Both the position numbers and the translations under genes were made by a program. A DNA stretch of 61,953 nt, counting the filler. It is 9 parts of 9 records of this genome, joined end to end, with 100 filler letters (N's around TTAATTAATTAA, not from the genome) between each part and the next. Parts side by side here need not be neighbours in the genome. Positions count along the whole stretch, not along the records: positions 1 to 17,825 come from SRR11831585_380; positions 17,926 to 20,685 come from SRR11831585_390; positions 20,786 to 41,425 come from SRR11831585_396; 6 more parts are not named here. The stretch is one strand, 5' to 3'. The notes below the pieces were generated by a model. It had not been told where the DNA came from and did not search any database. It saw only the letters and a list, made by a program, of their open reading frames with translations. Of the stretch, positions 11,446-24,400 are shown piece by piece. The stretch's first letter is position 1, and every line of letters starts with the position of its first letter.

Positions 11446-13686
11446 ATGGCAAATCTAGATATTACCAGCCCGCAATCTGCAGCTGTAATACCTGATCCAC
11501 CACAAGTACAATTGCCCGAATTTCGATCGTTTGGGAGATGTCGAAGTTTAGACGAATTTGATCGTCTCAACGTTATCGGAGAGGGAACTTACGGAGTTGT
11601 TTGTATGCTACTTGTTACGGAGTAATGCTGTAGATGATATTTACGATGTTTCGCACAGATCGCGCACAAGATAAGGCCACGAAGCAGGTGGTCGCGCTAA
11701 AGAAAGTGCGCATGGAGCGTGAAAAAGAAGGAGTACCGCTGACCGCGTTGAGGGAAATTAAATTATTGCGGTCATTGGATCACGAAAACATCGTCAGGTT
11801 ATTGGACATCGCGGTTGGGACCGATCCCCAAAACAGGTTCGTCTTCTTGCTCCTAACGCATTATTGCGCTGGTTATGATCTTTCCGTGCATTTGAGGTTC
11901 CCGTCTGTCCCATTTTGTTTGTGTTGTGATTGCGTGCCTCACAGATGCGTTCGTGTGTGCAGTTTGTATTTAGTGTTTGAGTATTGCGAGCACGACCTGG
12001 CGTCGTTGCTGGAGAACATGAAGAGTCCCTTTACTGAGTCTCAGGTCAAGTGCTTGCTGCGTCAGTTGCTCAAAGCGGTCCTGTTCTTGCACGATAGCTG
12101 GATTATTCACAGGTATGCAAGCGTATTTTTGGGCGTACGTGTGACGCATGAGTGCATGTTGCTTGTGCACAACTCTGTCAACGTGTTGATCGGCGTCATT
12201 CGTTTCCTTGTGTGCTGCATTCTTTCCCCTACTCTTACATGTGTGCGTTTCTCTGTCCGTCTCTGTCTGTTCTTCTCTAGGGATCTCAAAATGTCCAATC
12301 TGCTGTTCACCAACCGGGGTGTGTTGAAACTCTGTGATTTCGGACTCGCACGATCGTTTGGTCAGAAGATCCGACCGTATACGCCGCGTGTTGTAACGCT
12401 ATGGTACCGGGCGCCTGAGCTGTTGCTAGGCGATGCCAAGTACACACCGGCTATCGATATGTGGTATGTGTGTCCCTAAGATATCTCTTCGCATTTGTGT
12501 TTGTGCGTGTCCCTGTGTGTATATGTATGTGTGCGATGTGTATGTTATGCATGTGTGTATTGGCTGTAGCCCCCCCCCCCCTCCTCCTTACTATCTCTCA
12601 TTTCTCACGCCCTAACACCCTCACAGGTCCATGGGCTGTATCTTTGGTGAGCTGCTTCAACACAAGCCGCTCCTCCCCGGCCGCACCGATGCACAGCAAC
12701 TCGAGTACATATGCCGGCTGCTGGGGACCCCCAATGAGAAGGTCTGGCCGGGATTCTCACGGCTGCCGAACGTGGAGAAGTTTGCTCTGCCCCATGTTTC
12801 GTACGCGCTGTCTGTGTGTCTGTGTGTTGTGTTGTGGTTGTTGTTGTCGTCGTTGTTGTTGTTTGGCAGACGGGCGGCTGTGTGTTATAGTGATATGCTG
12901 TGGTGCGCTGGGGATTTGTATTTTTATGTCTATTGATATGCTTGTATTGTTGGGTATGTGTGTGTCGAATTGTGCGTTATTTACTTATGTGTTTGCTGCG
13001 TAGGAGCTCCATGCTACGGTCCAAGTTCCCCAAATTGTCTGACAAAGGAGTGGATTTGATGCTGCAGTTCATGCGATACGATCCGGAACGCAGAATATCT
13101 GCTGCGGACGGTATGTTGCTGTGTTGTGTCTCTGTGCATTATGTGTGTGTTTCATGTTGATCTCGCTGCATGTGCTGCGATCCGCTATAATTGTCGCCTT
13201 AGAGTATTATTAGGGGTGTGTGTATATTGTGTATAAGTGTGTATGTGTGTGTGTGTGCACTCATGTCTCGGGTCCACACACACAGCTCTGCGGCATCCCT
13301 ATTTTGACGAGTCCCCGCTGCCCTGCGCCCCTGAGTTTATGCCCACCTTCCCCTCTCTGCACGACCACAACTCAACCAAGTACGCTTTCTTTGTTGTTGT
13401 TGTTCTTGTTGTTTTTGTTTTTGTTCTTGTTGTTGTTGTTGTTGTTAGTGTCAATGCGCGCTGTTGTTGCCTTTTTGTGCGTGGGGACATGCGCTCCAAT
13501 GTGTTGGTTTGTATCGCTGTGTGTATTCCTCCGTGTGTGTTGGCCCGGGTACAAAAGATTCCAACTTAGCATAACGCTTACTCCGTGTGTATGATGTGCG
13601 TTTGCAGCCGAAGGAAAAGGAAATCACAATCGCCTCTGGACCGGCCGCATGTTCGCAGTGGTGATGAAATCCGGTCAGAACTTTGA
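11446..13686 (+). CDS. CDK10: Cyclin-dependent kinase 10 (8 exons: 11446-11602, 11659-11836, 11963-12112, 12281-12463, 12627-12800, 13004-13110, 13286-13379, 13608-13686)
   Basis: [90 protein letters not shown] and PLPCAPEFMPTFP match CDK10-type motifs. All introns are GT-AG. Confidence 0.9.
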
Positions 13687-14502
13687 CTCTTTCCGATGTT
13701 GTGTGGTTTTTTGTCACGGCCGCCTCCCGGTGTCGTCTATCTCTTTCATCTCTCATGCCTGCGGACTGTTTGATCAGTGACTGTCGTATTTATGCACTGA
13801 AGCACCGATGCAGTTGTTGTGATCATTCTTTGGTGTATCGAAAGCACAAGAATGTAGGTGTGTTGACGCTCTGTGAACCCTGAGACGGAACGTGTTGCGC
13901 GCGAGATCATGTGTTTCTGTATTTCGATGACTCTCTCTTCTCTCTGAACTTGTTACTGGAAGGTTGTGAGAAACACCGAACGAGTGTATAGTTGTGTGTC
14001 TGTGCGTGCGGTGGGTTTGGTCACTGAGGCGCAGCAGGCGATGTAAACTCAGGGATTCTAAAGTGTGTGTGAACGAATGACAACCCTCACCGGTATCTTC
14101 TCACACCGCACACATACCTTTGCAACGAAGGGGCCAGTAATGCAACATATTCATTCTATTATATTAACATATATTATAAATAACAGCCCGCGAGTCTAAT
14201 AAGCCGCAGACGGCTCGTCTCATGTTACAAATGCATCATCATTTCACGATTAACATATACCGATTACATCGCAGCCAGGAACAACAAACAACCCTCGGTC
14301 GATACGAAACACAGAACGTCTCCTAATGTCGCTCCGCTACGTATGTGCGGCAACCACGATCTCTCACGCGCCTGGGGGTGCATCTACATGCATGTTGATA
14401 TACGAATTGAAATGTGACGAGTGCCGTGTGATGTGTTTCACTTGTTCCGTTCCAGCCAGGTCGGACAAAGCGGCGGTCCGGCATTTAGCAGTATTGTCGA
14501 TT

Positions 14503-17500
14503 TCATAACGCGGAGACAGATGTAACGCCCAGAATGAGAAGCAACAGAAACACGGCCCCCATGCTATGTCCCCCTGCACACGCGCGAACGCACACCAACA
14601 CACAACATCAGTCAGTGTGAACGTGCATACGTGAATCACATCAGAACGGCATCGCGAGAGACACAGACGAGACCCGTACGACAATAAATTCCGCGTGAGA
14701 ACCACTCCAGTATTTATATGTGAAACGGAAAACACAGCTGTATCGGAATTATGTCACATACCCGACGACGCAACACCATTGGTTCGCGTGACCGGAGTCG
14801 TATACTGGAACCCGTTGACAAGGGTCGCAGTCCTTGAGCTGCCGTTCACAGCTGCGTCCGTGTACTGCACAGTGGACAAAGGTGAGAAGACACACATATA
14901 CACATACACACGCACACTCTCATACGCGCACACGCGACTACGAGCAACAAAGAATATTACAAACGTGTGAGGTCACAGACGAGGCTGACTCTACGTACGT
15001 CGAAAGAAACACTTAAACACACTCGCACACAAACACGTAAGCACATACAGTAACGGTGTAGAATCCCACCGAAGCGCGTGGGGGCAGAGTGCACGTGACC
15101 TGTGTTCCGTTGGCGACAACCACGGGTGTCTGACAAAGAAAGGGTCCGATGTCCACCGTAACTGACGCAGACACAAAGTTGCCACCTGTGCATAATGTTA
15201 CACGAGAGAGTGAGTCGTAGGGGGCGAACACACTAACGACACAACAAAGTGTAAGCGCATCGCTAAACCAGCCTGTCACTGCACGGCTCCATTTAATAAC
15301 ATGTCCGCAGTGGTTAGCGTATACAACGCACACATACCGCTCAGTGTTATCAGCGATCCGGATGTGGTTCCGGCAGCGGACGGCGTTACAGTTTGTATGT
15401 AAGGATACCTGCGGGATCGAAAACAAGGTAATCAGCGACCGCATAGCCACAGGCAAAGCAAAACCAAGCTCGAACCACCTCCACAAAATCCACACATACA
15501 AGGGATGGATGATCCCTGAACGTACGAAGGATCGTATCCAAAGACACCCGCTCCCTGTATCACACCCTGCGGCACTCGTACGGCCGCCTCCAGGGCACCG
15601 CTTGCTGTGGCAGATCCGTACGATCCAGTCACACAGCGAATCTCTGTGTCAGAAACGGATACGGCGCTATTGCAAGGAATGGTGCCGATGGTAACGGATG
15701 ACAGCTGTGTGAATCCGGACCCTGTTGAGTCGTAGGCGGGTAAGTGACGAGAAACGGGAAACCCGAGCACAATAGGGCACACGGTGAAAGGGGGAGGGGT
15801 TGAGGGGAGAGGAACAGAGACCACACAAACTATCATACACTGGGTACGGTGCAACACGACATCGACACACACAGCCGCCCACGCAGTCCATGCGATAAGA
15901 TCGGGAACAGGAGGGGAGGGGGGGGGGTTGGACATTCTCTGACCAACGCACCCACACATGCCACCACATGCGATCATGTACACACATCATCCACACACTA
16001 CGCTACGCACCTAGGAGAGTCACCAGGGTACCGCCGAGATGGGTCCCAACCGCCGGCGTTACAGACACCACCTTGCCTGTCAGGCCTGATATGCAGAGCT
16101 GTTCGGCGTAGGGGCAGGTCAACACGCCTGTACAGCCACGGAAAAGTCAGAAGGGTGGGGCCATCACGCTGAGAAGGCATGGGCCTCACAACCAGTTATT
16201 GATACAGTGAACGCACACATGATGGGACGAGGGAGCGACACAAATGAACAAGCAGGATAACAGAGCACACATACACTGCGTGTGTCACGATATACGATGG
16301 AAATGAAACTGAATTATACACTTGCAATACCGTTGTATCCCGGGAACGACAACGGTCCGCCTGCAGCAGGGCAGATCTTCACCAGAGCTGAGCTGTCCGG
16401 CGGAGTCACAGTCACTTGAATCAAATTCTGCATACAGATACACAGACGCAGTAATAGTTAACAAAGTGTCCTGCTAAAATATCATACGTTCGCAACTGGA
16501 AACTAAGAACAGCTGCACGTATATATGAATCACACTCATCGTAAGTTGATATGGAAACATCAGACTGTCCTCGCAACAAACTCAGTAGCACACTTTATCA
16601 CACAATGCAGCACAACGTACCCCAGGCGTGCAGACCATCTTGAAGCAGCCCGAGTGACTGCTCACCGTCTGCTGACCGGTAGGACCTATTGCGCATCGAA
16701 CCAACAGTCGCGGAGAGTAAGTCATTGTCTTATGACTTTGCCCACACATTGCGTGACACGCGGACACACGCACACAAACATCTCAGAACAACACACATAC
16801 CAGCCTGTACGAGTGTGCTCATCATGCAGTGGGACGCGGTGCCATAGTGTTCCCCAAAGTCCGCCCCATAGGGCTGCGGCACATAGTTGGCAGGATCGTC
16901 GCAGTAACCTGCACACGAGAGTAGATGAAAACCACATTAAGATTAGGCCGTATGCTGAGAACACACGAAAGGTAACCGACACGACATTAACTGGGTCATG
17001 TTCAACGACGGTGCAGACACGCTCACGCTCGCCACTACGCCAGTCACACAGACACACTATATAATTCCGCAATCACAGCAGAAATAGCACACGCGTAGTG
17101 GTGCATTTCGTACCCTGATAGGCCGGGATGAAGGGAGTGCAGTAGTCCATGAGACTGTACGGGCCACCGTAGCGGGGATTGGAAAAATACTGAAAGTAAG
17201 CGGGCAGGTCGCTGACATACTCAAAGATAGGGCACAGGGCGCGGGCAGACAGATCGAACGTGCAACCCTAAACAGCGTTATACGTGAGCGAGTAAGCGTT
17301 ATGCGTTCAATGACAAAGACAGGCACACGATAGAGAGAGAGGGACACAGTCATATCCATCATGTAGTTGCGACACCGAGTCGATTCCCAAGCACACACAA
17401 CAGACGTGTGCGCTGTGTCACTGTCACAGAACCACGAAACAATCCGCACACACGCACGTACGTTTGCACTGGGCACGTTGCCACATACGTAGCCCGGCGA

Positions 17501-17793
17501 GGGCCAGTTCTGTGCCACGCATGGCTTCATCGCGAAGTCACATCCTACATACACACATGTAAGAAACTACGCGCACTCTACACAAATGTATACGTATGTG
17601 GAGTGTCATTTCAAACACACACATTTACATACACACACACGTACACACACATACCAAACACCACACACGCGCCTACCTAGGTTACGACCCCATATGAGGG
17701 TATCAGCCCGCGTGAAGTTGACCTGATAGTACCCCGAGTCCTGTAACAGCGCCAGTGTGAGGGCACTGCGCACAGGACGCAGGTCCGCAATAC
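14503..17793 (-). CDS. Leishmanolysin/invadolysin-like M8 metallopeptidase, C-terminal part, with two IPT/TIG-like domains and a GPI-signal-like C-terminus (5' truncated at contig end)
   Basis: SALTLALLQDSGYYQVNFTRADTLIWGRNLGCDF, LPAYFQYFSNPRYGGPYSLMDYC and GEHYGTASHCMMSTL are M8-like. SVTPAVGTHLGGTLVTLLGSGF and TVTPSAAGTTSGSLITLSGGNF are IPT-like. Ends ASSGGHSMGAVFLLLLILGVTSVSAL* (TGA 14505-14503). HExxH lies upstream and is not visible. Confidence 0.8.
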
Positions 17794-17825
17794 CTAACAC
17801 ACAGATACACACACAGACACAGACA

Positions 17826-17925
17826 NNNNNNNNNNNNNNNNNNNNNNNNNNNNNNNNNNNNNNNNNNNNTTAATTAATTAANNNNNNNNNNNNNNNNNNN
17901 NNNNNNNNNNNNNNNNNNNNNNNNN
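17826..17925. other. Artificial contig-joining spacer (44 N + TTAATTAATTAA + 44 N)
   Basis: Identical 100-nt spacer occurs 8 times; the 12-mer gives stops in all six frames. Confidence 0.98.
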
Positions 17926-17962
17926 CTGTTTTCTGCTTGTGCTCCTTTACCTACGCTTATAG

Positions 17963-20455
17963 AAGGTGCGTCTTGCCCGCGGAATATGTCTGCGCGTGAG
18001 TCGCGCTTACCTGATTCATCAACTCGGTCAACAGGTACCACGGAAGTTGTGGCAGTCACACTAGAAGGAGCGTTACTACTCATAAGATTACCGTCTTCCT
18101 CATCGTACGTTGGCTATTGTGTTGCGTGTCAATGTGGCATCTCATTCCGAAATTCAGTGCCGAACCGAGCGCTCAAGAGGTGTTTAAGGCTGCGTTCCCT
18201 CTTCTCTGTGTATCTGTGATTGTGCGTGAAGGTGGTGTGGCGCTCATTGCTGCTGGTGGACTGGGCACAGACATCTTGCTGTTCATTCGATGTACGTTCA
18301 GTGTTTGGGTGGGAAGTTGGACCCCATAGCGGCTGGTTTATACTTGTAACACCATATTGCTTGCCCGCTGTTATCCCGGTTTGTTATAAATATGTGCGTA
18401 TGTGACCCGTACGTTGTGTGACTACTTCGTGGTACGTGTGATTGGGTGTGTATGGTCAGTGTAAGTGCGTTGGTACTGTTATCGTTATCTGGTACTGTTA
18501 TCATTATGTGCTTCTGTACGCGTCATAAGCCACAGTATTTGTGTGTATGCGTTGATGATGCACTGCACGAAGAGCGGGGGGAACACTTAGTTGTCTCATC
18601 TCGTTCTATCTCGTATGTATCATACTTTACACGCAACCCCTTCTTGTTAAATATGTAACTTGGTTGGTATTTACAGTACCCAACGGAGACATACAGCCCG
18701 TTGGCTCCCTCACATCCCGCGGCTGTATCTATGCGGTTTATCTAAATCGGGCATTGGTCGAATCGCCGTCTGCCTCGATATGGTCCGTGGTGTTGTTTGC
18801 CGGCGGACAAGAGCGATCCCTCCTGCGGTTTTCATTTCGTACGTTCTCTCTCTCGTGATGCGTGATGTGTGAGAGTTGCTTGCTTAGTCACACCCGCCGT
18901 ACACATACATACATGCACGCACTCTCACACATACACGAGCTTGCAGTCATATACACTCGCACATACATGAGTCTTCATGGTTTGTTACACTTCATGCATA
19001 CCCACTCAGCATCACGCAGATGTACATGAGGAGCGTGTGTTGGACCGCACCTCCTACATCGTCAAGGACGTCGCCCTAGACAAATACGGCGACCACACAG
19101 CACCCATCCGTCACATAATGGTGTGTGTGTGTTGGTATGTTTGCATGTGCATGCACTTGTTATTCGTGTGTGGTCAGCCTGGGTGTGTGGTGCTGATCAC
19201 ACGTGTGTTTTACTCGGTTGTCTGCCACTATGTGTTGTTCGTACACATACTTTTCTACCCATATGCATGTATGTATTTGTGTGTGTGTTTTCGCGTACTC
19301 TAGGTGGACCACTCCTCGCACCGCTGGGCTACGAGTAAGAAAACCGCCGCTATGCACCAACATCGGGCCGTGGTGACGGCCAGTGATGACGGGTCCTTGC
19401 GGGTGTATGACGTCTCCCACGGTACGCAATAGAGCTGTGTATGTCTGGGGTGGCAGGAGCGTACCTTTCTATATATCTGGGGTTGCTTTCAAAATGGATA
19501 CATACAATGTGAATGTGTCCCGTGAATGCGTGTGTAGCGTTGAGTGTTATGCACTCAGTCGCTATTTTGTACCTGCTGCGTGGCAGTGACTGATCGGGTG
19601 ACTGTGATGCAGGCGAACACACCATGCGACTGCTGCATCACACGGATGCTGTGTTGGCGTGTGCATCGGCAGAGGTACGGAACATGTGAAGTTGTTTTGG
19701 TGTCGATGCATTTTGTGATCCCTCGACTCCTCATCTCCCATTGTTATTGTCGTGTGCGGCATGTCGCAATCTGTTCCTACGTTTACTATCTCTTTTTGTT
19801 TGCCTGAAAAGCGTATTGTGTTCTCTTTTCTTTCTCTGTCTATATCCTGATCCGTTCTCGTCCCAGTCTGTCTTTGTGAGCGGGTCTCGCGATGGACGGC
19901 TCTGTGTGTGGGATCACACCGATGCCAGGCAGTCGTATGCAACGGGGGCCGTGGTTCGCTCCGTGCAGCTGTTGGTATGTTGGTGGTGTGGTTGAATTAT
20001 GTAGGGAGAAAGTTGGGCGGTTGGGGTGTTGCGGTTGTTGGAGTGTACAGTGAAAACAGTTGGGTGCTGAGGGGTGTGTTGCGACGATGTGTGTGTGTTG
20101 CTGTGAGGATTATAATCAACGTTGAAACACTTGTGCTGCCAAATAATGCGGCCTAGTGAATGCAATTTATGTTTTGTTGTCATTCTATTATCAACATTCG
20201 TATATGGTGTAGGCGCTTTCACCACAACGCGTCATTGCCTTTGTGGGAGGCGGCGACGGTCATATTCGTGTCATGGAGACAGATACCGGTGCATGTCTTT
20301 GCGATGTACCGGTCAGTTCATCACCGGTCATGTCTCTACATGTCAGTCTGGCGGCGGGCGGCGTTTGGATTCTGGCCTGTGTGCGGGACGGTCGTATTGT
20401 AACGTTACATGCGGACAGCGCTGCATTGTTTGTCACATCAACGGTTGCGTCTTGA
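17963..20455 (+). CDS. WD40-repeat protein (about 8 exons, probably 5' truncated)
   Basis: GDHTAPIRHI, VVTASDDGSLRVYD, HHTDAVLACA, FVSGSRDGRLCVWD, VGGGDGHIRVME; GT-AG introns in consistent phase; TGA ends at 20455. Confidence 0.75.
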
Positions 20456-20685
20456 GGTGGTTCTTTCAGTGTTGAATGATGACGATGATGACGATGATGA
20501 CGACGTTGCTATTGTGTTTGGAAATAGACCGTGCAAGAACACCGGTGAACCTGAATCGTGCGTTCACACACTCACAGCATGAACGGAGAGGGAGCGAGAA
20601 AGGAAACGAACCGTACGAGCGTTGCTGCTGAATCATTTGTAGTAGTGGTTTCTCATACACATCTGTGAATCTCCGACCCTCCCGC

Positions 20686-20785
20686 NNNNNNNNNNNNNNN
20701 NNNNNNNNNNNNNNNNNNNNNNNNNNNNNTTAATTAATTAANNNNNNNNNNNNNNNNNNNNNNNNNNNNNNNNNNNNNNNNNNNN
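20686..20785. other. Artificial spacer; eukaryote-to-E. coli boundary
   Basis: N44-TTAATTAATTAA-N44. Confidence 0.98.
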
Positions 20786-21245
20786 GACGCGGGGTGAAGT
20801 ACTGGCCTGCACCAGACTTGGTTTCATTCGCGTTCTTCTGCAACAGCCCTTCGTACATATCGCCGAAGTCATCGCGCGACTTACCGTGCGCGCCGTTGTA
20901 CCAGTCCAGCGAATCCATATTGCTGACCAGTGCGGTTATTTGTTTCGGCTCGGTGATGGTGGTACTAACATTATGAAAAACTGCCTGTACCAGCTTTTTG
21001 TCATCTTCGCCTAAATGCACGAGCATTTTTCGGTAGAACTGCAACTGCTCCTGGCCGATGCGGGATTTCAGGTCATCCCAGCGGTAACCTTCCGGCAGGT
21101 ATTCCGCTTCCTGACCGGTCTCTTTACACATTTTCAAAAACAGCAGCGAGGCGAGTTCATTGACGTAGTTTTGATAGGAAACGCCGCCATCGCGCAGGTT
21201 GTCGCACAGCTTCCACAGCTTCGCGACCAGATCGTTATTGTTCAT
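20786..21245 (-). CDS. hsdM: EcoKI type I methyltransferase M subunit, N-terminal fragment (cut by contig end)
   Basis: MNNNDLVAKLWKLCDNLRDGG...GAGQYFTPR; lies downstream of hsdR. Confidence 0.97.
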
Positions 21246-21314
21246 TGTGAGTTCCGTAAATTAAGCAGCGGCCCAAATTCATCGAGCCGCAGAAGAAGAA
21301 ATTGCCGAGGGTAA

Positions 21315-21441
21315 TATACACAAAATCATTCAGGTTGCATCAAGGCGGCAAGTGAGTGAATCCCCGGGAGCGTACAGAAGTACGTGACCGGGGTGAACGA
21401 GCGCAGCCAACGCAGAGGCAGCCTGAAGGATGAAGTGTATA
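21315..21441. repeat. ERIC/IRU element (127 bp)
   Basis: TATACAC...GTGTATA termini and a central palindrome with GTGAATCCCCGGGAGCGTACA, in the hsdR-hsdM intergenic region. Confidence 0.9.
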
Positions 21442-21445
21442 CGTG

Positions 21446-24400
21446 TCAGGCCAGCTCGTCCCAGATATAATCGCTGAATTTGCCCAGCAGGGTATCGAGA
21501 TTATCGTCAAAGGTTCTTTGCAGCATCGCCTTCCCGCCGCGACGGTGGAAGTTGCCGGTTTTGAAGACATCGTCGTCGAGCACCACTTTCTCTTTCAGCG
21601 CCTGCGCTAAACGATCGAGCCAGCTTAATTGCTCGCTGCTCCAGTCGTTTTCGCCCTTAATGCGCGTCAGCGCGTGATCGACACGTTCCTCAAACGGTTT
21701 CAGCGCATCGCCCACCGCAGCGCGGCGAATATGACCAATCAGCCGGGCGGCGATATCTTCATTGCGCGTCTCTTTCCATGCTTTGCGCAGGGAAGATTCC
21801 TCAAAGTGCTGGCGGTCAAACCACTCCTGTAGCTCGACCAGCCCTTTACGGGTGAGATCGCGCGGGCGATTAATAACTGCCTGCAATGCCGGTTGCGCGT
21901 TCGGGGAACGTTGCACCAGCGAGTCAAAGGCTTCGAGGAAATCCTGCGGCGTGTCGTAATCACCGTACAGCGATTTTACACTCACCACTTCATCGTCGAT
22001 ATCGAGGAAGATCGGCGCATCATTCAGGTTGTTGATGTCCGTTTTCAGCTTTTCCAGACGGGCGATAAAGCCAGGCAGTTTGTTAAAGACTTCGGCGCTC
22101 CAGTGCGGCCCTTTTTCCCGCAGGCGCGAGGCGAAGCCGTTAAAGTTCACGCCCGCCGCGTCCTGGCATAGCTCATCCAGACGACGCACCTGTTTATCTA
22201 TCGTTTCGCTGCGGTCACGGTTAAACGTGGCCAGACCGATGATACGCTGGAGCTTCGCCACCAGTTGTTCATGGCTGTGCTCGGCAAAACTGCGGCCATC
22301 CGCTTCGGTGATTTTATAGGTTTCTGAATCGGTAATTTCATTGACCAGCGTTTGCAGTTCCACCTTCGGGCGCACCACCACCGGACGCATGGTGTCGACG
22401 CTCTCCAGCGTGCTGTAGATATCGACACAGTCAAAAATCTTAAAGCTGGTTTTATTCACCTCCGGGCATAAGCGCGTGGCGCGGCCTTTCATCTGTTCGT
22501 ACAGAATGCGGCTGCGTACTTTACGCAGGAACACGATATTACAGATCGACGGAATATCGACGCCGGTCGTCAGCAGGTCGACGGTTACCACGATATTGGG
22601 CAGCCGCTCTTTATTGAAGCGGGTGATCATGGTCTGCACTTTGCGCGCGTCTTTATCGGCATCACCGGTGATCTTGATGATCGCGTCGTGCTCCAGTTGC
22701 GGATACTTTTTCTTGAACGCGGCACGCAGCTCTTCCACCACCATATCGGCATGGGCATTGGTGACGCAGAAGACCAGCGTTTTTTGCGATCCGGTCGGGT
22801 CAAGATAATTGGTGAGTTCGTTACAGACGGCGCGGTTAAACGCCGGGATCACCAGGCCACGGTTAAAGTCGGCGACTTCAAAATCCTGATCGTCTTCCAG
22901 GGTGTCATTGATCACTTCTCCCTGCGGGCTGATGCGCTCTACCTGCTCGCCTTTGGAGAGATAAACCCCCTCCTGCGCGTTGCGGGTGATGATCTGAATA
23001 GGCGGATCCTGGTCGATCAGAAAACCGTCGATAACCGCGGTACGGTAGGTATAACGGTAAACCGGCTCGCCGAAAATCTGCACAGTATGTAGCGCCGGGG
23101 TGGCGGTGAGAGCGATTTTTACCGCATCGAAGTGATCGAGAATGCGACGGTAGGCAGAGACGTAATCCAGCTGGCTGCGGAACTGCAGTTCGCCTTCGGT
23201 CTGCTCTTTATCGAGAATATAGCCGCGATGCGCTTCGTCAACGACGATACAGTCGTAACGGGCCACCGGCATCGGTTCATCTGATTGCAGGGTGCGTTTC
23301 ACCAGCGACTGTACGGTGGCAACGTGAATTTTGGTGCTGTCTTCCGGGAATTTATCCGTCAGCCCTTTAATGTCGAAAATGCTGTTGAAGGTGTCGCCGT
23401 TAATACGCGTATCTTCAAACGCGCCCAGCGCCTGTTCGCCAAGAGAACGGCGGTCGACAAGGAAGAGAATGCGTTTAAAACGCTGGGACTGGATCAGGCG
23501 GAACATCATGGCGATTGCCGTACGGGTTTTACCGGTACCGGTCGCCATCGCCAGCAGGATCTCTTGTTGCCCCTTGACGATTGCCTTTTCAACCGCGCGG
23601 ACGGCATCTTCCTGATAATAACGCAGGCCCAGCTCGCTCATGCCAGGGTTATCGGCAAACCACTGATTCTGTTTTTGCGGTTCGCTGCCGAGCATTTCCA
23701 GCAGCTCTTCCGGGCGGTGCCACTCGGGTAAGGCTTTCGACATATTGCGGGTATCACGCACGTCGCGATACCAGATGCCGCTTTTGGTCTTCATTGTTGC
23801 GCGGTATTCGCGCCCGTTGGTCGAGTAGCAGAAGGGGATTTTAAACCGTTGTTTGCCGCTGGTGTCCTGTCAGCTGGTTTCATACTCTGGCACTGCTTCA
23901 TGCACTTCATCCGGTGAGTAGTGCTCAAGCAAGGTTTCCCGCAGGAAGCCATTATCGAAACATTTACTGTAGCGATACGACTCATTGAGCCTGGCGGGAA
24001 CGTCGATATTGTTACGTTTCGCCTCTACCACCGCGATGGGTTTGAGGCCGACAAACAGCACATAATCCGCAAAGCCCTGATTACCCGTTTCATCTTTTCC
24101 GGTCGGCCATTCGGCAATGGCTTTATTGACGCCGGGTTCCGGACGTGCGCCTTTGGAGAAGCGCAGGGTTTTGCTGTCGGCCTGCCAGCCTGCTTTACGC
24201 AGTTGCGCATCAATCAGGAAGCGACTCTCTTCTTCGCTAAGGTTGAGTGTGCGCTTGATGGCCTGATCGGTAATTTCTTTGTGGTAAGCCTTACGTTCCT
24301 GTTCGGTCTGTTTTGCCAGTTCCGCGTTCTTCTCGGCGAGCTGTGCTTCCAGTGCCGCAAGGCGAGCCTGGGTTTGCGCTTCGGTTTCCTGCTGTTTGCC

